A DNA stretch of 64,000 bases, taken from NCBI GenBank assembly GCA_002269645.1, contig NIVC01003495.1, positions 30,974-94,973 of the forward strand. The letters run 5' to 3'. Source of the stretch: Macrostomum lignano (lineage: Eukaryota). Below, in pieces: positions 53,101 through 64,000 of the stretch. The notes beneath the pieces are model-generated. The model was not told the origin of the DNA and did not search any database. It saw only the letters and a list, made by a program, of their open reading frames with translations. Each line of letters opens with the position of its first letter. The first letter of the stretch is position 1. The translations under genes and the position numbers were made by a program.

Positions 53101-56100
53101 TCTGACCGACCCTGACTCCACAAGCTACTCTGACCGACCCTGACTCCACAAGCTACTCTGACCGACCCTGACTCCACAAGCTACTCTGACCGACCCTGAC
53201 TCCACAAGCTACTCTGACCGACCCTGACTCCACAAGCTACTCTGACCGACCCTGACTCCACAAGCTACTCTGACCGACCCTGACTCCACAAGATACTCTG
53301 ACCGACCCTGACTCCACAAGCTACTCTAACCGACCCTGACTCCACAAGATACTCTGACCGACCCTGACACTTGCACAGTGACTCTGACGGAAGTTGAAAC
53401 CTCCGGAGACTTAGACTCGCTCTGAAGCCTGTAACAAATATTTTTCATTTATGTTAAAGTTGCTCACATCAAACACCTTGCTTGTGATTGCAGTTGTTGA
53501 GGCCATTCAACTTCTACATCATGGTGGCGAGCACGCACATTCCGTCGAAGCATGTCGGGTCAAGTCTGGAACCACGAAGCAATGACATATTATATTTTCT
53601 GAATGAGTACAACTACCAGTATTACTCTTACATGTTTGAAGAGGTCATTAATTGCGTTTTTATTTTCCTGTGAGTTAATAAAAATATTGCTGAATTCGTG
53701 TCAATTTGTTTACAGTTTTTGAGTTGAAGCACTTTCAATTATATTTTTTCTTTCAATTTTGCAGAGGCCGGGACCACATGAACTACTCAATTTCGGACTC
53801 ATCCGGTCACCCTTGCAAGAAAGACTACGGCAAGCCGAAGTGCAAAGGCTTCGTCACGGTGAGGAATGGTTGAATGAACCATTTTTATGATGAAAATTGA
53901 AACTTGGCGTAACTATAGCCTCTCCAGATGTAAGAGGCTTAAGTTGACTTGCAAATCCAATTTCATTGTTTTTATTTGCGGCATTTTTATTAACTTGTCC
54001 CACAAATGATCAATTGTAGTTTTGCTTGATCCAAAGCTTTACTTTGGGCTCCGTTCTGGTGCTTGACCCTCTGCCTGTTTTTACGCATTGAATGATAACT
54101 CTCGCTCATAATTCACAGCTGGAGACGAACAAGCCAAACTACATCGTAACAGCTGGAGTCGCTCTGGCCCACGAGATCAGCCACCGAGTTGGCTGCGGCC
54201 ACGACAACGCCGACGACAAGTGCCGGTGCGAGTTCTCCCGCTGCCTGATGGACCAATACGTAGGCATGGACGATGAGAAAAGTCCGATTGGCTGGTCCAC
54301 TTGCAGCATCGACAAGTTGGCCGAGTCTCTCGATGCTCTGGCGCTAGGGAAAGCCTGCCTGTCCGCCAACTGGAGCTCTGGAGCTCGCGAGGGTGAGCCA
54401 GAGTGCAATACTGTACGCTTTGTTTGCTCTAGTCTTTGTGGCTTTTGTTCTACGATTCAATGCTCAAGCGTTAGTGCCAGGCCAAGGAGGCCACAAGTTG
54501 AAGGTCAGATTATTGTTTAAGTCAAGTTTTCGTTCAACTTAGTCTCTGTTATACTCAGCTGCGTAAGTCTCCAAAGTCGAGATTCGAGTAGCAGGCCAAG
54601 GGTGGGACAGAAAACTAAGGCGAGGAGGATAAGCGAACTTTCTTTCTTGGGTTGTACTTGTACAAGGTTTTATACTGGTTTATCGCAAAATCCCTTCCAT
54701 TGTATATTAAGGCTGGGTCCTCATGTCCCCAACTTTGCTTGCTGGGGCGTTCGCATTGGAAAGAAGCGAGGACTTAACATCATTAATCTGATAGCAAGGG
54801 TTGTAGCCTAGTGGTCAGAGCGTTGGACTCACGACTTGAAGGTCGGGGGTTCGATTCCCGATCCCACTGGAACAATTTATGTCCTTAAGCAAGACACTTA
54901 ACTCTGCATTGCTTCAGTTCACCCAGCTGTAAAATGGGTGCCAGCATTAGCTGAGGCAATTGGGGTGTGTGGTGAGTGATGACCCCCCAGTCCTTGGACT
55001 GAACAGCCGTAAGCAGCCTTCAGATGCTCTGTGTTTGCTTACTAGCTCGCATCAGACGGCTGGGTAGTCTTGGCCAGAGGGTTTCTTCCACGTTCAACTG
55101 TGGATCCAACTGCATTTTGTAAGTTGTTAAACCTTGGGAAGCCTCGCGCCAGTCATAGATTGTTTACATTGCTGAGTTGGAAAGTGGCTTGTCGGCCCAA
55201 GTTTTGATTATGGGCTTTCTGAACATTGAAACTGCAACCATTCAAATTTTGTGTGATCTCCAGACGGACAAAGCATCACCGTTGAGTACTCGAAGGACTG
55301 GGGACCGACCTGCGGCAACGGGATTGTCGAGCCTGGCGAAGAGTGCGACTGCGGCGGGCCGCTCGCCTGCAGAAAGGATCGCTGCTGCCAGGCCGACGTC
55401 TGCAAGCTGGTCAAAGGCGCAGCGTGCGCAACTGGCGACTGCTGCAACACGACTTCGTGCAGCCCGCTGGCCGCGGGCACTCTGTGCAGACTGGCCGAAG
55501 ATCCCAGGTTTGCTTAGTAATAATAATAATAGTAATAGTAATATTAATATTATTTGGTCCGCTCTGTTGGAAATGTACTTGATTTAATCGGTTAAAACGA
55601 GCTTATGAGGGTCAAACGTGAATAATTCGCGAGAAATTCGTCAGCCAGATTCACTTGTCACCTCCTTCCAGATGCGACTTCCCGGAGTTCTGCGATGGTA
55701 AATCGTCAGTTTGTCCGCCGGATGTCTCTGTGCTGCCCGACTGGCTGTGCGACAAGGCGACGGGCGGCCTGTGCAGACTTGGTTACTGCCTGCCGCCGAG
55801 ACGGGTCGCCAAGTACAGCGGGCCGAAGTGCCACGGCGGCTGGATGGTGCCGGCCAGCGATGGCGGGTGCAAGAAAAGGCACAACCCCGGCCCTGCTGAA
55901 CAGATCGAGGAATGGACGGACAGTCTCAACGAGACTGTATCGGATAGCGCCGCTAAAGCCAGTCAAAAGCCGATAGTTAAAGAAACTGACCAGGCTGCTC
56001 AGCATCTGCGGAGCGGCCCGTTGGTTGTCGCGGCTTCCGTTGCTCTGGGCATCTTGCCTTACCTGTTGGAATTCCGATATTCATTCGAATCTGAATGCAT

Positions 56101-56107
56101 ACTATAG
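50174..56107 (+). CDS. ADAM/reprolysin-like metalloprotease-disintegrin, paralog B, 9 exons, about 522 aa
   Basis: Exons 50174-50249, 50974-51002, 51197-51367, 51457-51525, 53494-53669, 53765-53858, 54119-54392, 55264-55507 and 55672-56107, with the same phases as paralog A. Signal peptide, [20 protein letters not shown], disintegrin, and a hydrophobic C-terminal segment. Confidence 0.86.
50349..50792. mobile_element. MITE family M1, full-length, ADAM-B intron 1
   Basis: Same TIRs and body as 44293-44733. Confidence 0.8.
51035..51170. repeat. Degenerate 12-bp repeat (ACTCACTCATAA)n, ADAM-B intron 2
   Basis: Approximately the reverse complement of the unit at 45140-45590. Confidence 0.7.
51533..53370. 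repeat. 28-bp minisatellite (CTGACCGACCCTGACTCCACAAGCTACT)n, ADAM-B intron 4
   Basis: About 1.8 kb array. Confidence 0.96.
54799..55027 (+). mobile_element. CORE-SINE family B
   Basis: Homologous to the other family B copies. Confidence 0.85.
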
Positions 56108-56750
56108 TGCCAGAGATTAGCTTAAGGAACTCTTGTGACTTTCCCAGTGACGATATTTGCAAAGAGCTCTGCAGTGATTTTCTCACTCTACACGTACTAT
56201 TCAAAATTAGACAAATATCTCGTTCTTAACGAGTTCCGCTAGGGGTAACTGCTTCCTTGAACCCTATTGCTGGTAAGCTGGTAAAAGTTCACTCAACTTT
56301 AAGATGAAACAAAGAAACCGCGAAGAGGTGTCGAAAAGGTCTGGTTTTATGTAGACTACAAATCTGGCGAATTGCAGACCAGGTGTCTCTTCCTGGAAAG
56401 CAAAGCGAACAAAGAGGCTTCCATGGAGATAGCTGGACCAACGCTTCATGAGCTTAATAAACTGTAATAATAGCTATTCCCGTTAGTTTAGGGCCTAGGT
56501 TCACTTGTACTTTTGTTTTCTGTAGCCTTTCAATTTTTCCTATCGATTCAAAATCATACGAAGCAAATAAACTGAGCGATAGCTACACTGAGGAAAGAAG
56601 TCAAGCTATTTTTAGAAAAAAAAAATCTATTCAGATATTTTTATTATTTTCGATTCAACAAATGGTCTATGTATTCAGCAGTGCGCTGGGAAAGAGTTTA
56701 CGCTGGGAGCAAGATTTTGCTTTGGATGAGATTACAGCTGCTATAGAGAA

Positions 56751-59700
56751 ATGCACTTGCTGGCCACTTGGTTACTTGTCAGCGCGAGCATCTTCGCTGC
56801 GCTGCTTCCAGAGGCGTCTGTTTGCCTCGGTGAGTCTGTCGAGCACAATGATGACGCAAGTCCTGACCCGGCTGGTACAGAGGCAGCATCCGCATCTGAA
56901 CAGGTAAGACAATGTACCTGGTACAGTAATACAGCTTACTCACTAACTCTCATTCAGAATACTTGCAAGGACAACTCAAGTAGGAGGACGGGAAAGCTTT
57001 TCGTCGATTATCATCGTTGTTACACATATTTGTGACACATTCAGCTAAGGGTGATAAAATAGACTCATAAAACTAAAGAGCCGAGCCGTGCCATTTTAAT
57101 GGTTTTTAGGCAGAAGACACGTGCAAATGTACGTAGAATAAAAAGTTAAGATAGAATCCTAATTTTCTGAACGAAAAGCTCTATGAATATCAATAAAGCA
57201 ATAAGAAAGGCACAGCATATCAAAAGATAACACTGGATCTGCCTCCTATCAAAAGCAATAACAATTTTTGTGCTGAAAAAATGAAAATTTCCTATCTCTG
57301 TAGTGTATTTTTTGGAAAACCTGCCTTCAAAAATTTTCAAAGAAACGAGGTTTCCCGTCCTCCTACTTGAGTCGTCCTTGAGTACTCGTGTATTCTGAAT
57401 TTATTCAATTTATTAAAAAACACTTTCATGAGCTTTCGAGCAGGAGTTGTGGCCTAGTGGTCAGAGCGTTGGACTCACGACTTGAAGGTCGGGGGTTCGA
57501 TTCCCGATTCCACTGGAACAATTTGTATCCTTGACACTTAAGACACTTAACTCTGCATTGCTTCAGTTCACTCAGCTGTAAAATGAGTGCCAGCATTAGC
57601 TGGGGTAGTTAAGGGTGTGTGTGGCGACCCCCCCCCTGTCAGTCCTCGGACTGAACAGCCGTACGCAGCCTTCCGATGCGCCGCGCAATAGCTGCGGCTG
57701 AGCTATCGGTTGCACATCTGTCTCACCCAGTCACGAATTCAGTCATGCGCTTCCTCACACAAAACCACTCACGAACTGCAATCCTCACTGCGCCGCCGAT
57801 GGAGCAGCTCAGCAGGACTCGCAGATACGCAACGCCGCGCTCTAGAAAAATCAACCAAGCTGGCCGGCTGCAGTTCACTCGGGCGAACATCAGCCTCAGC
57901 CAGCAGTTCAGATTCCTGACCAAATTCGGGCCCTACATTGTCAAGCTGCATCTCTACTTGGACAGGGAGTTTGTAAGTTTCTCGCTTCCTACGCTCGTAG
58001 TGAAGAGTTTAGGGGTGGTGATCAGTCGCTCAAGAACTCCTATACTTTCAGACCGCAAGTCTGGGAACAGAATTTAGTGATCAAGTACTGTCGCGGGCTC
58101 TTCCTCTTTGTCGGGCAGGTCGGCAGAGCTCGTCTCCTCAATGTAGTCTTCCTCCGGAGTTTCTTGGAATGTATTCCTCGAGATCAGTAATCAGAATCAG
58201 AGATGCGCCCTAATAATAGCGCGAGGTCCTCCAGAAAGGGCGTCTTCTTCTAGAAATAACGGAATGGGAGTCGTGTGCCTCGATCTGGTACTCCAGGGTG
58301 CCAAAGTCAATAAAAATCGATAATCGTCAAGAGTATCGGAATCGGTCCAGTGGATCCTATCCAATCCCTTAGGAATATGAATATGGAGGCCTTTAATTCA
58401 ATAACTCAACAGAAATCAACTGATCAGTCACGGCCGAAAATGACTCAACACTCAATAATCAAATAACGACTTCAACAAAGTCTTGCCAATCGGTATACGT
58501 TTCTCTCAGAGATGTAGCCCCTTTCCAGTGGTTGTTCTGGATGAGTCTCTTCTGAGGCTGTTCCGAGTCTGAGATTTCCGCTTTAATTTTGGCTTGTATT
58601 TATAGGAAAATTTTGCGAAACATAAATAGTAACGTGATTCATAGTTTAAGTTTTTCTGCGCGTTTTTGCGTTACTCTACTTACAGTAGCGTTTTATGAAT
58701 GAATGAAACTCTACAGTAGCAGCTCTTTTTCTCATAGCAGCCGCATCACCGAAAACATTCTCAAACAGGAGAAACGCACGAATCGGAACCAAGCTGAAAT
58801 GAGCAACATAGCTAAACAAGTGGTCAACTACGCAAACACGGTAAGCTTTGATCACTGCTCTGCGAGGTTTGCCTTGTCCTTGAATGACTATAGCAAATAT
58901 TAATAATTTTGTAGCTTCTCAGACCACTAAATACCTACTTGATGGTGACCAGTCTGCACTTGCCTTGGAATCTATTGGCTAGAGATTATGACATTCCTAG
59001 CCGGAACGAGCTCAAGTTCATTCGAGATACTTACACGTACAACAACTATGGGGTTATTGTTGAGCAAATCGTTAACTGCATCTTTGTATTCACGTAAGCA
59101 TTATTTAATACCAGCTGTTTAGGCTTCGGCATCAGCTGTTTTTCCTAACTGCCTCTCAGCAACGCATCATCACATCCCTTGCATTGCAGCGCACGAAGTA
59201 TCGACAACTCCACGGCTTCAGATTCAGAAGGCAACGTCTGCAAGCATCAGCTCGGTCGGCCGACCTGTCTTGGATACGTCACTGTGAGCTGTGTGGCTGT
59301 TAAACAGTGTAGCTACCAGGGGGCTGTTTTCTACCATCTTAGCTATCTTGTGCCATTTAAATGCCGGCACCTGTCATCCAATACCCGATTGTCGCTTTCT
59401 GTAAGGTGATGTCTCAGTAGCTGGCGATGCTTCTCATGCAATATACGAGTATGTACATGTCCTGTGCACCGGTGTTTCAACTCTCTCGATTCTCTAAACA
59501 CTGATCTAGCCTGCCGTGAGAAGAGCCTTTGTTCTTAAGCGATTCAGTTAACTTATTATCACTTGAATATTTGAAGAAAAATGAGTGCTGGTATAGCATA
59601 GAGATTTAATCAGCTCTATAGACAGTGCGGTTGTAGCCTAATGGTCAGAGCGTAGAACTCACGACTTGAAGGTCGGGGGTTCGATTCCCGATTCCACTGG

Positions 59701-62700
59701 AACAATTTGTGTCATTGAGCAAGAGATTCAACTCTGCATTGCTTCAGTTCACCCAGCTGTAAAATGGGTGCCAGCATTAGCTGGGGTAATTAAGGCTGTG
59801 TGTGGCGACCCCCCAGTCCTTGGACTGAACAGCCGTACGCAGCCTTCAGATGCGCCGCGCAATAGCTGCGGCTGAGCTGTCGGTTGCACATCTGTCTATT
59901 AGGGCAGGTGTGATCAATTATTATTATTATTAATATTATTAATTATTATAAACAATGCAAAGCCTGAGCACACCGAAAAGAGATGCCGTTCCGGCTCGAG
60001 GTTCCGATTCTCGTAAAACCATTGACAATTTTTCTCCGCTGTCGCCGTCGGGATGTCTGTTCACGTGCATCTTCATCGGCAAGGAATACATGTAGAAGCT
60101 TTAAGCCATGGAAAATTGAAATTGAAGTCAAATCCGACGAGTGTCAGACAATCATTGACAAGACGTCAATCTGATTTCAAACTCAGATCATTGAAGCCTC
60201 ACTTCACATTCTTGTGCCCTATTGACACGTAGATTGTATTAAAACTGCACTTTATTAGCCTCTGGTAACCCAAGTCAAATTTTTATCAGTCTTTTTCCAC
60301 CTTCAACCATTTAAATTCCGTTATAATCCGCAGTACTTAGTGGGCCGCGGCGTTCTGATGTGCCAGCGTCCCAAGCTCGATTCCAAATGCAGTCACATTA
60401 ATTTGAGGCTGAATTGGAATCTCGACGTGTGTCTGCTCGTGCAATTAACGCCCTTGAGGGCCAACATCCAAGGCGCAGTGAAGTGTACATGCCTAACGAT
60501 AAATAAAGTCAGGGCCGCTGTACACTCCTGTGAGTGTGTGCCTGCTCAGGGGGTCGGTGGAATGGGCAGTAATGCCTCTCGTGTGACAATGTCGGTGAAG
60601 TGCGCCGCTGTGTATACAGCCTCCCTGCTTCTAATAAAAGCCGCAACTAGTAGTGCTATTCAGTACACAAATCTTTTCTGCTCTCTCGTCAATAACCTGA
60701 CCTCTAGATGCACCTTGGAGTGCGAAACGTGTCGAAACTTTAATATTGATACGTACTCAGTTTACTATTTGTATCTACTGTATTGCCAAGCGAGCAACTC
60801 GTCTTAATCGGGACAGAGCGCCCTATACTTGTGCAGCGAGTCTGTTTATTATCATGTTGCTAAGTTGCAGAGGCTAGAGTAATTTGTGAGGTGCGCAATC
60901 GCATTGGTTGAGCTGGATACATTTGATGAGAGTAAAGAATCTATTAAAGCTGAATGCATTTCCGTCTGTCTCTCTCTCACTGTCTCTTGTACACTTTAAA
61001 TTGTCCATCGAACCGTCGGTCGTCAAGCCTGCGGGCGTAGGCTGCCGTTCTTGTGTTGGGACAGCTCTCTTCTCATCCAGAGCTCGCCATTTTTCTGTCA
61101 CATCTCGCCCCCTCTAAGCCCTCCAGTCTTGCCTGTCAGCCGCGCCGTCTCGCTTGGTTGGCTTTCGCCAGTGTCCAGGGCGCTGCTCATTGTTTTCTTC
61201 TCTCTTCTGCCAGTGTGTTGGGCGGTCGCTTCTGATGGCGAGATTCCATTTGCTCTGGAGCTCACCTTTGCGAGTTGATTTACTGGCTCCTGTGGTTTTT
61301 CTCTTTTATTCGCCTCTGTGGCGAATGCTATGAGTGCCAGTCTATTGTCTGAGACCTCCATTTGTCTTTTTTTTCGAACTTCGAACTCTCTTGGAGACGT
61401 GAGAGTCGGACGCGCTACCAGCTGAGCTGCTGTGTCCAGCTATTAGTAGCCTAAAGTAGTTGACTCATCTTGTTGCGAAAGTATCATTCGACATTTTCGG
61501 GTGGAAATTTCAAGTCATATTTGCGCTTTAGTTAGGCCTTTTTGAGGGAGTCCTTCAACTAATTAACATTTGAATATGAATTCACATTCATTATTCTGGA
61601 AAGTTTCGCAATCTCAGAACGTCACTTTTCAATTGAAACTTCTCAATCAATTATCACTGCCCCGCAGCTGGACACGAAACGGCCGAATTATATAAAATTG
61701 TCGGGCTTCGCCCTGGCACACGAGCTGGTTCACAGGTTGGGCGGGAATCACGACTCCGTGGATAAATGCCAGTGCAAATTTTCCCAGTGCCTGATGGACG
61801 ACTCTGTAGGACGCAGCAACGATGGCAGCAAGTACGTTGGCTGGACCAACTGCGGCATCAACAAAGTCGCTGACGCGCTGGACAGCCTGGCGCTAGACGC
61901 AGCCTGCTTGTCGGCGACAGCTGAGCCTTTCTCGAGCACCAGTGAGTGACTTATGCCAACGGCTTACGCAAGGATAATCTACTCATTCCACTGACTCCTG
62001 AGTACATGTACAAGCGTGCCAATATTGTACACAGGCACGCACTTACACACACATTCTCGCAGGGTGTACAGTGAACATGACTTACTAATAGTCAGACATG
62101 TACACCCTGTGCCTTGGAGATTGGCCCTCAAGGGTGTGAATCGCGTGACAAACTTCCCGCCAATTCGTGTGCACAAGTCCTGAAATACGAGGAAAATGTG
62201 GCCGCACTGGGAATCCAACGATGGGTCGTAGGGCGAGAGTCAGTGTACAGAGGCGACATTTAGTCTTCGCTAGTCCCACTTGATCCAACTCAATGACCTC
62301 CAGATGGCTACATCTTCACCGTTGAGTACTCGACGGACTGGGGACCGACCTGCGGCAATGGGATTGTCGAGCCTGGCGAAGAGTGCGACTGCGGCGGGCC
62401 GCTCGCCTGCAGAAAGGATCGCTGCTGCCAGGCCGACGCCTGCAAGCTGGTCAAAGGCGCAGCGTGCGCAACTGGCGACTGCTGCAACACGACTTCGTGC
62501 AGCCCGCTGGCCGCGGGCACTCTGTGCAGACTGGCCGAAGATCCCAGGTTTGCGTTGATAGTCTGAGCCTGCTGGATAGGGTCGTTGCAGATCGTGGATA
62601 ATATTTTATTAGACTACAAACCTATATGAAATTTGTAGATAATACTTGATTGCTGTGCATTGGAGCTTGCAGGGAGATATAAATTCATGAATGAGTAGAG

Positions 62701-63149
62701 TCTTATGCCGCAGTCACTTTCCTTAATTCAAGATGCAACTTTCCTGAGTTCTGCGATGGCAAATCGCCGATCTGCCCGCAAGACGTGTCGGTGCAATCCA
62801 ACTGGCCGTGCGACAGGCCCACGGGCAGCCGCTGCCGCATGGGCCACTGCGTAATGCTGCCCAACTACTTTTCCCAGTACTCCGGAATGAAGTGCGTCAA
62901 CAGCGACATGGTGCCGACAACGGCCGGCGAGTGCAAGCGGCACAGGCCGGGGCGGCCGAGAAGATCGAGGATTGGGTGGACGACGGGTCCGGCGATCAGC
63001 CGATAGACGAATCGAATGGCAATATGGCGTCCTTCCATAGGCCACTGGCGGAGGAAGTAAATCAGGCGGCTCGGCAATCGATAGGCGGCCTGTTGCTCTC
63101 GGCAGCTTCCTTAGCAACGACTGCGGCTGTGTTTTACTGGCGCCGATGA
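56751..63149 (+). CDS. ADAM/reprolysin-like metalloprotease-disintegrin, paralog C, with an apparent 1-nt frameshift in the last exon
   Basis: Exons 56751-56829 and 56881-56903 (or one read-through exon 56751-56903), 57808-57972, 58769-58840, 58915-59093, 59190-59283, 61668-61941, 62304-62547 and 62733-63149. Signal peptide, [20 protein letters not shown] and disintegrin. The frame shifts at about 62953. Confidence 0.82.
57160..57385. mobile_element. Unclassified interspersed repeat (family M2), copy 2
   Basis: Aligns with 43600-43825. Confidence 0.65.
57444..57722 (+). mobile_element. CORE-SINE family B, full-length
   Basis: tRNA head, CORE segment and 3' tail ending GGTTGCACATCTGTCT. Confidence 0.87.
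59629..59897 (+). mobile_element. CORE-SINE family B, full-length
   Basis: As above. Confidence 0.87.
60340..60640 (+). mobile_element. SINE family A, near full-length
   Basis: Head, B-box GCTCGATTCC, body nearly collinear with 20725-21017, ending AATAAAA. Confidence 0.78.
61950..62215 (-). mobile_element. Divergent SINE family A copy, ADAM-C intron 7
   Basis: The reverse complement contains CCCTTGAGGGCCAA..CCAAGGCACAG..TGTACATG and CTCAGGAGTCAGTGGAATGAG. Confidence 0.55.
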
Positions 63150-64000
63150 AGCAGTTTCCGGTTCTCAATGTACATTCCAAACACACGATCTTATAGCTGG
63201 TACAGCATATTTTTCTCACATTTCATTTTGATTTTCCTTAGCAAAGAAGTAAGCAACTGGTGGCTAAGCGTGTCTATTAAGTGCTAAGTTGGCACTTAGA
63301 GAGGCTATTTAAATTTAAGACCCCATTCGAATTTCGAATTCAATAACCCCTCACAAATATAAGAGCTACGAGCTGATGTTTGTAAAAGTGTCCTGAACCG
63401 GAATTATGATGGATGATTTCTTGGTAAATTATGGATAAACTGATGCCACGTCTCGCACGTGCAGGTCATTGCTTCGACTAAAAGTACTGCAGCTGGGCAC
63501 CTAATTAATCGCTTGGTTGTTGGGTTATTATAGATAAAAATACTCGTGAACTCGTAGTTATCGAATGATAGAATTTGATTATTTAGAAAACCGAGATCAG
63601 ATAATTTTTAGAAAAAAATAATTTTGTTTAAAACTTTACGTGTCAATATTTGTATTTAATCGATTATGTACATACATACATAGTAACTTTTCAGATTTGG
63701 TTATATAGATTCCCCTGCAAACATTATATCTGTCGTGATGAACTACTTAGAGTACTTAAAAAACGCTTTAGAAGGGTGTTTCACAGCAATCAATATTTTA
63801 GTGTTTCAGAGTATCGAGAGGCAATCGTGCATTTGGTTTTCGGGTGCGAAGCGCAGTATTTTTTACTTTTAAGTTACAACATCGAAATAACTATTTTTAG
63901 AAGAGCAGCATGATATTGTAGATGAAATAAAACTTTATAGCTTGCAAAAACTAAACTAAAAAATTTCGACGAGCAACAAGTGGCTATCATTTGTGACAAA

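Noticed and set aside
48140-53370. 28-30 bp regularly spaced repeats resembling CRISPR arrays
   Set aside because: The units are head-to-tail with no unique spacers, there are no cas genes, and the context is eukaryotic.
60874-61440. Short overlapping ORFs, and 58000-58400, as nested genes or retroelement proteins in ADAM-C introns
   Set aside because: No recognisable motif, inconsistent frames and no splice-phase support.
20725-62215. SINE-A copies ending within about 10-20 nt of splice sites (21017, 32960, 44005, 61950)
   Set aside because: This is expected if the ancestral introns were only about 40-60 nt long, so it is not evidence of targeting.

Overview
Eukaryotic (animal) genomic window. 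It is very rich in simple repeats and 11-30 bp minisatellites, with GC-rich coding exons and GT-AG introns. This composition is most reminiscent of a free-living flatworm such as Macrostomum (inference only). Eight protein-coding genes were reconstructed by hand with phase-consistent splice sites: an intronless ankyrin-repeat protein (+), a 2-exon orphan class A GPCR (-), a 7-exon BBS2 (-), a 5-exon GLE1-like gene (-), an intronless divergent alpha-tubulin (+), and a tandem cluster of three 9-exon ADAM/reprolysin-like metalloprotease-disintegrin genes (+). Mobile DNA includes two tRNA-derived SINE families (one CORE/MIR-like), two hAT-type non-autonomous elements with 8-bp TSDs, a three-copy MITE, a decayed piggyBac, a Crypton-like tyrosine-recombinase fragment and a probable Helitron 3' end. 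The most notable observations are: (i) the ADAM-like proteins have almost no prodomain, and a gene-conversion tract between two paralogs is confined to the disintegrin exon; (ii) a sharply bounded CpG-depleted domain contains a piggyBac whose conserved motifs were destroyed by CpG and CpA transitions; (iii) a 699-nt stop-free, in-frame BBS2 intron carries a 12-nt antisense copy of its own 3' splice site; (iv) one SINE family has a covarying pseudoknot-like pairing. Most long ORFs in the supplied track are repeat artefacts.
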